NCBI GenBank assembly: GCA_963705105.1
Contig: CAVPIW010000011.1
Span: 1-64,000 of the forward strand
DNA: 64,000 nucleotides
Source: an uncultured Nitrospiraceae bacterium
Lineage (GTDB): Bacteria > Nitrospirota > Thermodesulfovibrionia > Thermodesulfovibrionales > Dissulfurispiraceae
Direction of reading: 5' to 3'
Under the pieces are notes generated by a model. That model did no database searches. It had not been told where the DNA came from and was given only the letters and a program-made list of their open reading frames with translations. Shown here one piece after another: positions 55,856-64,000 of the stretch. Numbering within the stretch: the first letter of the stretch is position 1; the number at the start of each line of letters is the position of its first letter. Both the position numbers and the translations under genes were made by a program.

Positions 55856-58228
55856 CTACATCAGCGTCGCGACGGTCACGCCGTTTCCGCCCTCGTCGGG
55901 ATTGCCCGCCCTGAAACCACTCACCAGCGGATGTCCCTTGAGATGTTCACGGACGGCCCTCATGAGCAGGCCCTTGCCGAAACCGTGGATGACAGTCACC
56001 TCCCGCATCCCTGCGAGAGAAGCGTCGTTGAGGAAGTGTTCGAGAACGGACAGGGCTTCATCGACCCTGAGACCGACGAGGTTGATCCTCGTCTCAACCG
56101 TTTCAGGCTTCGGCATCCCCGTGCTGATATCGTCTGTCGCCTTTTCATCGGGACGGCGGCCCCTGCGGTGCCGTATATCCGTCGCCGGCACCTCGATTTC
56201 CTTGTTTCTCGCCATCACCCTGAGGCGGCCCGTCTTCAGATTTACCTCAATGACTGATGCGTCACACCCCAGGGACTTGATGTACACTAAGTCTCCTTCC
56301 ATCACCTCGTCGATGGAGATGGGACCCTCGGGTTCGCCGGCAAACTGCAAAGCCTTCTCCTCGAGATCAGCCTGTTGTGCACCGGCCTGTCTCATCGATT
56401 CCCTGATCTGCTGCCTGTCCCTCCGCTTGAGGTCCTCCAGGAATGCCCCCATCTGCCGCTTTGCTTCGGCGACGACGGACGATGCCTCCCTGTATGCCTC
56501 CGCAAAGGTTTCCCTTTTTTTCGCTTCTGCGTCGGCGAGCAGGTGGTCCAATTCGCGCTTCCGGTTTTCCAGATCAAATCGATCCCTTTCGAGGTCGACG
56601 AGAGTTCTCTCGCACTGGAGCCTCTTGTCGTTGAGGTCGGCAATCAGGTTGTCCAGTTCCACCTTCATGCTGCCCATCATCTCCCGTGCCGAGGCGATGA
56701 CCCTCGCCGGCAGCCCGTACCTGCCGGCGACATCGAGCGCGTGGGACTGGCCCGGCTCGCCCGTGCGGAGCCTGTAGAGGGGGGTCAGGGTCCTGCGATC
56801 GAACTCCATGGAGGCGTTGACCATACCCTCCGTCCTATGGACGAAACCCTTTATGTCCGTGAGGTGCGTCGTGGCGAAGACGAGGGCTTTCGCTTCCCTC
56901 AGCTCTTTCAGGACGGCGCAGGACAGAGCGGCCCCCTCGTCCGGATCGGTGCCGGTGCCGAGTTCGTCAATGAGCACGAGGCTCTTCGGATCGGATCGCT
57001 CCAGGATCTCCGTGATGTTTTCCACGTGGGCCGCGAAGGTGGAGAGGTTGCTCTCGATGGACTGCTCGTCTCCTATGTCGACAAGGAGGTTTTCGAAGAG
57101 GGGAAAGTGGGAGGAGGAATCGGCAGGCACGGGCATGCCTGTCAGGGCCATCGCCGTGAGCAGGCCGATGGTCTTGATGGCGATCGTTTTTCCGCCGGCG
57201 TTCGACCCCGTGATGATCATCACCGTCCTGTCGCCGCCGAGGGACACATCGAGGGGGACGACATCGGCCTGGAACCCGCGCTCCCGGAAAGACCGGACAA
57301 GAAGGGGATGGCGCGCCTTTGTGAGACGGAGCATGTCGTCCTCGCCGACGACGGGAATGTCCATATCGAGCAGATCGGCGAACTGCGCGACGGCGTTGAG
57401 CGCATCGAGGACGACGATAATGCCGAACTCGGCGTCGATCTCATGGACCACGGCCCGGATCTCCGCCGAGATCGACCGGAGTATCCTGATTTCCTCGGCC
57501 TTCTCGTCGGCGATCAGGTTTTCCAGTTCGTTGGAGAGGTTGATGACGGCAAGGGGCTCGACAAAGGCCGTTTCACCGGACTTCGAGACATCGTGGACCA
57601 CACCCGGTATCTGCCCCTTGGAGTCCATCCTGACGGGAATCACCCACCGGCCGGACCGCGTGGTGATGAAGTCATCCTGAAGAAAGACGGAGACCCGCTC
57701 ATCCCTTACCATCTCCTCGAGTCTTCTCTGTATGCCGCTCTCGAGCCTCCGTCTCCGGGCCCTCAGCTCCGACAGCAGGTGTGACGCGCTGTCAAGGATA
57801 TTGCCGTCACTGTCAATGGATCGCACGAGGGTCCGCAGGATGGAAGGATGCCCCGAAATGTCACGGGTGAGCTCCCGCAGCGCCTCCAGGTCTTCCCGCC
57901 CCTGCAGTTGGGAGACGACGTCGGAGGCGATGCGGAGGAGTATCGTGAACGCTGTCAGCTCCAGGGGATCGAGAACGGCTCCCTCGGGCATGACCTTTTC
58001 AAGCAGAGGGGAAATGTCCTGAAAGGGACCGAGCCTCAGGGGCCTGCCTTCCTCGATCAACCGGAGCATGTCCCTGATCTGCCGCTGCCTCTTTTCGACA
58101 TCCGCCTTCGACGAGAGAGGTCCCATCCCGAAGAGGGACTCTTTCGAGGCGTCACTGTTGACGAACACCGAAATCTGCGCGAGGAGCTTCGGAAACTCGA
58201 TAAGATCGAGAGAGTCTTCAGCGAACAT
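55856..58228 (-). CDS. mutS2: Endonuclease MutS2
   Basis: ITGSNAGGKT, DIGDEQSIE.NLSTF, DELGTGTDP, C-terminal Smr (IHGFGKG). Confidence 0.95.
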   Translation of the reverse strand: MFAEDSLDLIEFPKLLAQISVFVNSDASKESLFGMGPLSSKADVEKRQRQIRDMLRLIEEGRPLRLGPFQDISPLLEKVMPEGAVLDPLELTAFTILLRIASDVVSQLQGREDLEALRELTRDISGHPSILRTLVRSIDSDGNILDSASHLLSELRARRRRLESGIQRRLEEMVRDERVSVFLQDDFITTRSGRWVIPVRMDSKGQIPGVVHDVSKSGETAFVEPLAVINLSNELENLIADEKAEEIRILRSISAEIRAVVHEIDAEFGIIVVLDALNAVAQFADLLDMDIPVVGEDDMLRLTKARHPLLVRSFRERGFQADVVPLDVSLGGDRTVMIITGSNAGGKTIAIKTIGLLTAMALTGMPVPADSSSHFPLFENLLVDIGDEQSIESNLSTFAAHVENITEILERSDPKSLVLIDELGTGTDPDEGAALSCAVLKELREAKALVFATTHLTDIKGFVHRTEGMVNASMEFDRRTLTPLYRLRTGEPGQSHALDVAGRYGLPARVIASAREMMGSMKVELDNLIADLNDKRLQCERTLVDLERDRFDLENRKRELDHLLADAEAKKRETFAEAYREASSVVAEAKRQMGAFLEDLKRRDRQQIRESMRQAGAQQADLEEKALQFAGEPEGPISIDEVMEGDLVYIKSLGCDASVIEVNLKTGRLRVMARNKEIEVPATDIRHRRGRRPDEKATDDISTGMPKPETVETRINLVGLRVDEALSVLEHFLNDASLAGMREVTVIHGFGKGLLMRAVREHLKGHPLVSGFRAGNPDEGGNGVTVATLM

Positions 58229-58251
58229 CAGGAATTTCGGGCCGGTCCTCC

Positions 58252-58593
58252 CTACATCCCGAGGGCATCGATGATCCTGTTTTTCTGCCTTTCAATCACC
58301 TTCTGTCCCTGGTCGAAGGTCCTGATGATCTCCTTCTTCGCCGATTCGGAGAGATCTATGCCCGTGTCGATGATATCCGTCACGCGATCTTTTACTTCAT
58401 CAGCAAAATCGTTCACCCGTTCGAGCGTGTCGTCCACGAGATCGACGGCGTCTTCCTTCAATCTCCTCGATGTCTTGGCGATGTCCCGCCTTGTCTGCTG
58501 CCCCGACTTCGGCGCGTAGAGAAGCGCGATGGTCGCCCCGATGAGCCCGCCGAGAAGAAAAGCCCCTGCCAGTTTTGCCGAATCTTCGTTCAT
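58252..58593 (-). CDS. YtxH domain protein
   Basis: FLLGGLIGATIALLYAPKSGQQTR. Confidence 0.88.
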   Translation of the reverse strand: MNEDSAKLAGAFLLGGLIGATIALLYAPKSGQQTRRDIAKTSRRLKEDAVDLVDDTLERVNDFADEVKDRVTDIIDTGIDLSESAKKEIIRTFDQGQKVIERQKNRIIDALGM

Positions 58594-58712
58594 AGTGCCT
58601 CCTGTTTCATGAATGTTCTTGTATTGAAACAACCTTGCTTACATCCCGATGTAAATGTATCAGGAAAGTCCTCCACTGTCAATGTCATTCTTCCCTGCCG
58701 TCTGAGATGTAT

Positions 58713-59115
58713 TCCCTTATCGTTGCATACGCTTTCCGGAAAGGCGGGGTGTATGCGCCACCGGAGAGTAAACAATAGACAGCAGTCAGTAGTCGGCAAA
58801 GGCCACGAACAGCCCACGGGAAGGCTGATGTGGTGAAAAGCCTTTCCGCTAAGATACCGTATTCATCCCCGGACCACACTTTGCCGTGTCTATCGATACC
58901 AAAATCCCGTCAGGCAACAGGCGCTGAACACCTGGAAAAGTCTCATCATCGCATTGGAAAGGCTTTGAACCATATCTGCCTTCCCGGCATCAGCGCCGGC
59001 GGTAGTGACACCAACACTGACACTCACACTGTCACTGTTTTTCAGAGCGCTTCGCCCAGTCTTTTCACGCAACTGATCGGTCATTCCTTTCACTCACACT
59101 CCCACTGACACTTAC
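58713..59115 (+). repeat. Element B with heptamers, a full element A (58818-58985) and hexamers
   Basis: Near-identical to 25466-25745 over about 275 bp. Confidence 0.9.
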
Positions 59116-59748
59116 ACTACCTCGCCGTCCTATCCTCCTGCCCCAGTGATTCAGGAGCACATAGGTCGCGCCCAGTCCCCCATCGCAATCCTTGGCGGAC
59201 GCATAGGCGAGGACCCATTTCCGGAAAGCGCTCTGCAGCCACTCCGTCACGGCCTCCTTCAGAACGGGGCCCGCCGGCGACCGGAGACCCCGGCCGTGGA
59301 TGATCTTGACGCAGATGTGCCGGTGACGCAGGGCTTCAGCGATGAATCCGACAAGGGCCTCTTCCGCCTCCGCAAGGACCATCCCGTGCAGATCGATGGT
59401 GTCCTGTATGCAGAATTCACCGTGATGGAGCCTCCGGGCAAGATCCTTCCGGGCGGACGGGTGGAGCCACTCCACATATTCCCCCGTGTCGGAGAGCCGT
59501 ATCTTCGACTTGCCCCCGACTATTCTCCTCAGCTCCTCGTATCCGTCAGCATCGCAGGACCTGAAGGGCTTCACTCCTTCAGGGCTGCGATAAGGGATTT
59601 CTCTGAACTCGGGGATCTCCCTGACATCGGCCATCGCCTCCGCGAAGATCTCGTCCTCCGTCTTTACCTTCTCTTCTGCCGTCCCACTCGTCTCCGGGCT
59701 CTGCAGGACATCCCGGAGATCACAAAAGGACCGGAGCCGCCTCTTCAT
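59065..59748 (-). CDS. Smr domain protein
   Basis: IDLHGM, KIIHGRGLRS..GPVLK, DGGLGATYVLL; tail reads through hexamer repeats. Confidence 0.88.
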   Translation of the reverse strand: MKRRLRSFCDLRDVLQSPETSGTAEEKVKTEDEIFAEAMADVREIPEFREIPYRSPEGVKPFRSCDADGYEELRRIVGGKSKIRLSDTGEYVEWLHPSARKDLARRLHHGEFCIQDTIDLHGMVLAEAEEALVGFIAEALRHRHICVKIIHGRGLRSPAGPVLKEAVTEWLQSAFRKWVLAYASAKDCDGGLGATYVLLNHWGRRIGRRGSVSVSGSVSERNDRSVA

Positions 59749-59789
59749 GATTTCACCTCCCGAAACCTGATGCCGCCGGGAACAGGCTT

Positions 59790-60308
59790 TCACCTGATCA
59801 GGTTGAGCAGGATCCTCGCCGACGCAAAGACCCTGATGTATCGTTCATCCCGGTAATCACGGTACGTGTTGACCAGGGGGACGAATTTTCCCTTGCCGTA
59901 CATGAGGGTCACCTCGGCGAAGATGCCGTCCCTCAGGTAAATCCTGTGACTGTAATCCTTTGTCGACGCAAGGACGATCTTCGCCCTCGTCAGGTACCCG
60001 GGATCGATGTTGACCGCCCTTTTCCCTTCCCTGGCGAACGTCTCTTCGATGTCGTTCGTTCTCAGCTTGATATCCGCGAGGGCATCCTGACCGACAAGGT
60101 TTCTGAAAAAAATGAACCTCCGGAATATCCTCTGTCCCATCTCTTCGCGGTAATAGTCGGAAAAATTCCACGGGAAAGTCGGGCTCTCCATGGCGATGTC
60201 GCCGAAGGCTGCGGCAAGCGCAGACCGCACCTTTTCGAGCATGTCGTAATCGGTGAACAGGAGACCGGTGAAGAGCAAGGCAGGCGCCGGTTTTTTCGGC
60301 TTGCCCAT
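59790..60308 (-). CDS. DUF4416 family protein
   Basis: DYYREEMG, RAVNIDPGY, LASTKDYSHRIYL. Confidence 0.85.
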   Translation of the reverse strand: MGKPKKPAPALLFTGLLFTDYDMLEKVRSALAAAFGDIAMESPTFPWNFSDYYREEMGQRIFRRFIFFRNLVGQDALADIKLRTNDIEETFAREGKRAVNIDPGYLTRAKIVLASTKDYSHRIYLRDGIFAEVTLMYGKGKFVPLVNTYRDYRDERYIRVFASARILLNLIR

Positions 60309-60339
60309 GGGTTGATATCACCTCCGGTTGAGCGCCGGC

Positions 60340-60507
60340 GTGAAGGCTGATGTGGTGAAAAGCCTTTCCGCTAAGACACCTTATTGATCACCAGACCACC
60401 CTTTGCCGTGTCTATCGATGCCAAAAGCCCGTCAGGCAACAGGCACTGAACAGCTGAAGATGTCTCATCATCGCATTGGAAAGGCTTTGAACCATATCTG
60501 CCTTCCC
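60340..60507 (+). repeat. Full element A
   Basis: gtgaaggctgatgtggtgaaaagcctttcc...ggaaaggctttgaaccatatctgccttccc. Confidence 0.9.
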
Positions 60508-60555
60508 GGAGGCAGAGTCACTATCGCCAAATCTTTGAGGCGCCCGGCGCTTCCT

Positions 60556-61086
60556 TCAGACCCGCTCTTCGATGATGCGCGACACCGCAGACATCGCTTC
60601 CGGGGAGTCCCACATGACAGGGCCGATGAATTTATCCCGCAGCACGCCTCTCTTGTCGATCAGAAAGGTCTCCGGCACACCGGTGACGCCATACTGGGCA
60701 GCCACATTCCGGTCATCGATGAGAACGGGGAAACGGTAGCCGTTATCCCTGAGATAACCGGCGACCTTTGCAGGATCGTCCCTGTACAGGATCGTCAGGT
60801 AGACGAATTGATCGTTCCCCTTCTTTGCATTGACGAGATTCACCTGTGAGGGCTTCTCGGACTTGCAGGAGTCGCACCAGGTCGCCCAGAAATTAACGAG
60901 GACGGCCTTACCCTTGAGATCAGTGAGCTTCCAGACCCTGCCCTCGATGTCTTTCAGTTCGAAGGACGGTGCGTCGAGACCCACGGCTGCGGACCTGGCC
61001 GGACCGGTCTTGTCCCTCATGGTCATGACGATGGCTGCGATGCCGACAATCAGGATGACGACGAGGATGATGCCTTTCTTGTTCAT
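60556..61086 (-). CDS. TlpA/ResA thiol-disulfide oxidoreductase
   Basis: N-terminal TM, VNFWATWCDSC, YGVTGVPETFLID. Confidence 0.92.
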   Translation of the reverse strand: MNKKGIILVVILIVGIAAIVMTMRDKTGPARSAAVGLDAPSFELKDIEGRVWKLTDLKGKAVLVNFWATWCDSCKSEKPSQVNLVNAKKGNDQFVYLTILYRDDPAKVAGYLRDNGYRFPVLIDDRNVAAQYGVTGVPETFLIDKRGVLRDKFIGPVMWDSPEAMSAVSRIIEERV

Positions 61087-61134
61087 GAGAGTCCCCTTTT
61101 GAAGGATTTGGAATGGAAGCCGAAAGAGACGGAT

Positions 61135-61172
61135 CAGGGACGCCTCAGGCCGGAGATGGCCTGAGGGTCCCT
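61135..61172. terminator. GC-rich hairpin downstream of clpC
   Basis: cagggac-g-cctcaggcc...ggcctgagg-gtccctg; no clear U-tract. Confidence 0.45.
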
Positions 61173-61185
61173 GCGTATGTCATTC

Positions 61186-63636
61186 CTAATTGACCGACAG
61201 GAGGACCGATTCCTCAGCGACGACGAAGACGGGCTTGTCCTCTTCGAGGACTGCCTTGACACTGTGGGCATGCCTGAACATGCCCTTGATGATATCCTCG
61301 GAGAGGGGATCTTCGATCTCCCGGGCGATGGCCCTTCTCATGGGCCGCGCGCCGTACGTCGGCTGATAGTACTTATTCAGGAGCCACTCTTTCACCTCCG
61401 TCGACACCGTGAGGGTCAGCTCGTGCTCGGCCAGCTTCCTGTTCGTCTCCTCCAAGAGAAGGTCGATGATCGCCATGAGGTGATCCTTTTCGAGGGAGTG
61501 GAAGACCACGATCTCGTCGACGCGGTTCAGGAACTCGGGATTGAACGTCTTCCTCAGCTCCGTCAGGACGTTGTCCTTCATCTTGACATAGTCGTCGCCG
61601 GACGAACTGCGGTGGAACCCGAGGGGCGTGGCTTTATCGATGAGCCGCGCGCCGAGGTTCGACGTCATGATGATGATGGCGTTCCTGAAGTCGACCTTCC
61701 GGCCGAAGCTGTCCGTCAGCGTCCCCTCGTCGAGGATCTGCAGGAGTATGTTGAAGACGTCGTTGTGCGCCTTTTCGATCTCGTCGAAGAGGATCACGGA
61801 GTAGGGCCTCTTCCTGACTTTCTCCGTGAGCTGCCCCCCTTCATCGTACCCGACATAGCCGGGCGGCGCCCCGGTAAGACGGGACACGTTGAATCTCTCC
61901 ATGTACTCGGACATGTCGATCTTCACCAGGGCGTTCTGGTCGTTGAACATGAATTCCGCGAGCGCCTTCGCGAGCTCCGTCTTTCCGACACCGGTGGGGC
62001 CGAGGAAGAAGAAGGAGCCCACGGGCCTGTTCTTCGTCTTGAGCCCCGCCCGGGACCGCCGGATGGCCTTTGCGACGGCCCTGATGGCGTCATCCTGCCC
62101 GATGATGCGCTTGTGTATGGTGTCTTCCATCTTGATGAGCTTTTCCGACTCCGTCTCCTCGAGCTTGTACAGGGGGATTCCCGTCATCTTGGAGATGGTG
62201 TACGACACGTCATCCTCGTCGACGATAGGCACCTCCTTGTTCAGGAGGTCCTTCCACTTCTTGTACTGTATCTCGTAGCTCTTTCTGACGGATTCCTCCT
62301 GGAGCCTGATGCTCTGCGCCTTTTCGATGTCATGGAGCCGCATGTACAGGCTCTTTTCGTTCGAGAGCTGGATGAGCTCGGACTCCATCGACCTCAGTTC
62401 CTGGGGCATGACGGACCTTTTGAGTTTCAGGCGTGAGCCCGTCTCGTCGATCACATCGATGGCCTTGTCAGGAAGGAACCGGTCGGTGATGTACCGGTCC
62501 GAGAGCTGCGCCGCCGAATCGATGGCGTCGTCGCCGATCTTGACCTTGTGATGGCTCTCGTACCGCGGACGGAGTCCCTTGAGGATATCGACGGTCGTTT
62601 CGACTGTCGGCGCCTGAATGTAAATGGGCTGGAACCTGCGTTCAAGCGCCCCGTCTTTCTCGATGTATTTCCGGTATTCGTCGGGCGTCGTCGCGCCGAT
62701 GCACTGAAGCTCGCCGCGTGACAGGGCCGGCTTCAGCATATTGGAAGCGTCGACGGACCCTTCCGCTGCGCCGGCTCCGACGAGGGTGTGAAACTCGTCG
62801 ACGAAGAGGACGACGTTCTCGGACTGGAGGATTTCACGCATAACCGCCTTGAGCCTCTCCTCGAACTGGCCCCGGTATTTCGTTCCGGCGATGAGGGCGC
62901 CCAGATCGAGGGAGATGATCCGCTTGCCGATCATGATGTCCGGCACGTCGCCCGCCACGATTTTCTGGGCCAGTCCCTCGACGATGGCGGTCTTGCCGAC
63001 GCCCGGCTCGCCGATAATGGCCGGGTTATTCTTCAGTCTCCTGCCGAGGACCTGGAGGACCCGCTCGATCTCGTCCTCCCTGCCGATGACCGGGTCGAGC
63101 TTGCCTTCAACGGCGAGCATGGTGAGATCCCTGCCGAACTCGTCGAGAGCAGGCGTGTTCGTCTTCCTCCTCTCCTTCTGCTGCGACTGCTGAAACTGGG
63201 GTTTGACGGCGAGATTGATCGTGAGCTGGCGGGCGCCAAGGAGATTGGCTCCCATGTTTCTCAGGATCTTTCCCGCGACGCCCTCGTCTTCCCTGATAAG
63301 GCCGAGCAGGAGGTGTTCGCTGCCGATGTAATTGTGACCGAGAAGCCGCGCCTCCTCGATGGCGAGCTCGAGGACCTTCTTTGCCCTCGGCGTGAACGGG
63401 ATATCGCCGAAGGTGAGCAGGCTGCTCCCGGACGGGAGGTTGCGCTCCACCTCGAGCCTCAGTTCGTCGATGGATACGCCCATCTTCTTGAGTATGTTGA
63501 TGGGGGAACTGTCCTCTTCCCTCAGGAGAGCCAGGAGCAGGTGCTCCGTCCCCAGGTAGTCGTTATTCCTCCTTTCGGCTTCTTCTTTCGCATATATGAT
63601 TACCTTTCTGCCTCTTTCAGTAAACTTTTCAAACAT
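61186..63636 (-). CDS. clpC: ATP-dependent Clp protease ATP-binding subunit ClpC
   Basis: MFEKFTE double N-domain, GEPGVGKT and GPTGVGKT Walker A motifs, [11 protein letters not shown] loop. Confidence 0.95.
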   Translation of the reverse strand: MFEKFTERGRKVIIYAKEEAERRNNDYLGTEHLLLALLREEDSSPINILKKMGVSIDELRLEVERNLPSGSSLLTFGDIPFTPRAKKVLELAIEEARLLGHNYIGSEHLLLGLIREDEGVAGKILRNMGANLLGARQLTINLAVKPQFQQSQQKERRKTNTPALDEFGRDLTMLAVEGKLDPVIGREDEIERVLQVLGRRLKNNPAIIGEPGVGKTAIVEGLAQKIVAGDVPDIMIGKRIISLDLGALIAGTKYRGQFEERLKAVMREILQSENVVLFVDEFHTLVGAGAAEGSVDASNMLKPALSRGELQCIGATTPDEYRKYIEKDGALERRFQPIYIQAPTVETTVDILKGLRPRYESHHKVKIGDDAIDSAAQLSDRYITDRFLPDKAIDVIDETGSRLKLKRSVMPQELRSMESELIQLSNEKSLYMRLHDIEKAQSIRLQEESVRKSYEIQYKKWKDLLNKEVPIVDEDDVSYTISKMTGIPLYKLEETESEKLIKMEDTIHKRIIGQDDAIRAVAKAIRRSRAGLKTKNRPVGSFFFLGPTGVGKTELAKALAEFMFNDQNALVKIDMSEYMERFNVSRLTGAPPGYVGYDEGGQLTEKVRKRPYSVILFDEIEKAHNDVFNILLQILDEGTLTDSFGRKVDFRNAIIIMTSNLGARLIDKATPLGFHRSSSGDDYVKMKDNVLTELRKTFNPEFLNRVDEIVVFHSLEKDHLMAIIDLLLEETNRKLAEHELTLTVSTEVKEWLLNKYYQPTYGARPMRRAIAREIEDPLSEDIIKGMFRHAHSVKAVLEEDKPVFVVAEESVLLSVN

Positions 63637-63808
63637 TGTATTCTCCTTGATGGTTTAATGGCCCTAACTAAATATTATCGCTTTGTCACAGGCCTTGTCA
63701 AATGAGTCCGATCCTTGATTTGCGGGATTTCAGGCGGGCCAGGACGCCACGACAGGGAATTCCGAAAGGGATTGTGAAGAACCGAAGGACAGGGAAAATG
63801 CGTAATCG

Positions 63809-63954
63809 AGTTGATTTGTTGATTAAGTTGATTGAGCTGATTGAGTTTACCTGCTCATCTGCTTGACTCAATGAACCTATTCAACTTAATCAACTGAGTA
63901 GTTAACTCTGTAGTTGCATTGAAAGGCGGGGCGTGCATTGCAACGATAAGGTTA
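63809..63954. repeat. Inverted 9-mer arrays (AGTTGATTG-type) plus a collapsed element B (63903-63954)
   Basis: agttgattg agctgattg agtt...aacttaatcaact; taactctgtagttgcattgaaaggcggggcgtgcattgcaacgataaggtta. Confidence 0.75.
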
Positions 63955-64000
63955 ACTCTCTCTGTGAACGATCCGTCCGCCCACCATCGTCAGAACGGCC

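Noticed and set aside
52442..59748. xseAB, mutS2 and smr as the mobilising machinery of the repeats
   Set aside because: These are ordinary housekeeping nucleases, and the repeats are equally dense around unrelated genes.
63670..63702. CtsR operator upstream of clpC
   Set aside because: The two TTGTCA motifs do not fit the GGTCAAA-N3-GGTCAAA spacing; one is better read as a minus-strand -35 box.
13019..63954. Element B as integron attC sites (TAAC...GTTA ends)
   Set aside because: The inner boxes GTTGCA/TGCAAC pair perfectly with no extrahelical base, copies occur in both orientations beside housekeeping genes, and there is no integrase or cassette array.

Overview
A GC-rich bacterial chromosome window. 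Gene content and repeat style suggest Nitrospirota (Thermodesulfovibrionia-like) or a deltaproteobacterium; this is an inference. It is mostly housekeeping genes: a PEP-CTERM/PrsKR locus with a second, sigma54-driven glmS; a GlrK/GlrR-like two-component pair; beta-carbonic anhydrase, ribD, a UbiD-family decarboxylase, a NorD-like VWA protein, ddl-ftsQ-ftsA-ftsZ, tsaC, lpxC, tldD, mtnP, yebC, glmU-glmS, an atypical pcrA, gatC, panD, xseAB, mutS2, smr, tlpA and clpC. It also holds four large secreted proteins, three of which share an unnamed ~140-aa C-terminal domain. The most striking unexplained structure is in the intergenic DNA. Most large gaps hold a nested, modular family of non-coding inverted-repeat elements: a 168-bp element 'A' (10 copies, all on the + strand), a TA-bounded element 'B' with swappable internal modules, an outer element 'D', and 6/7/8/9-mer arrays. 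Several of these supply the stop codons of neighbouring genes. I found no transposase, integrase, CRISPR, rRNA or tRNA. Coordinates were read by eye and repeat boundaries may be off by a few bases.
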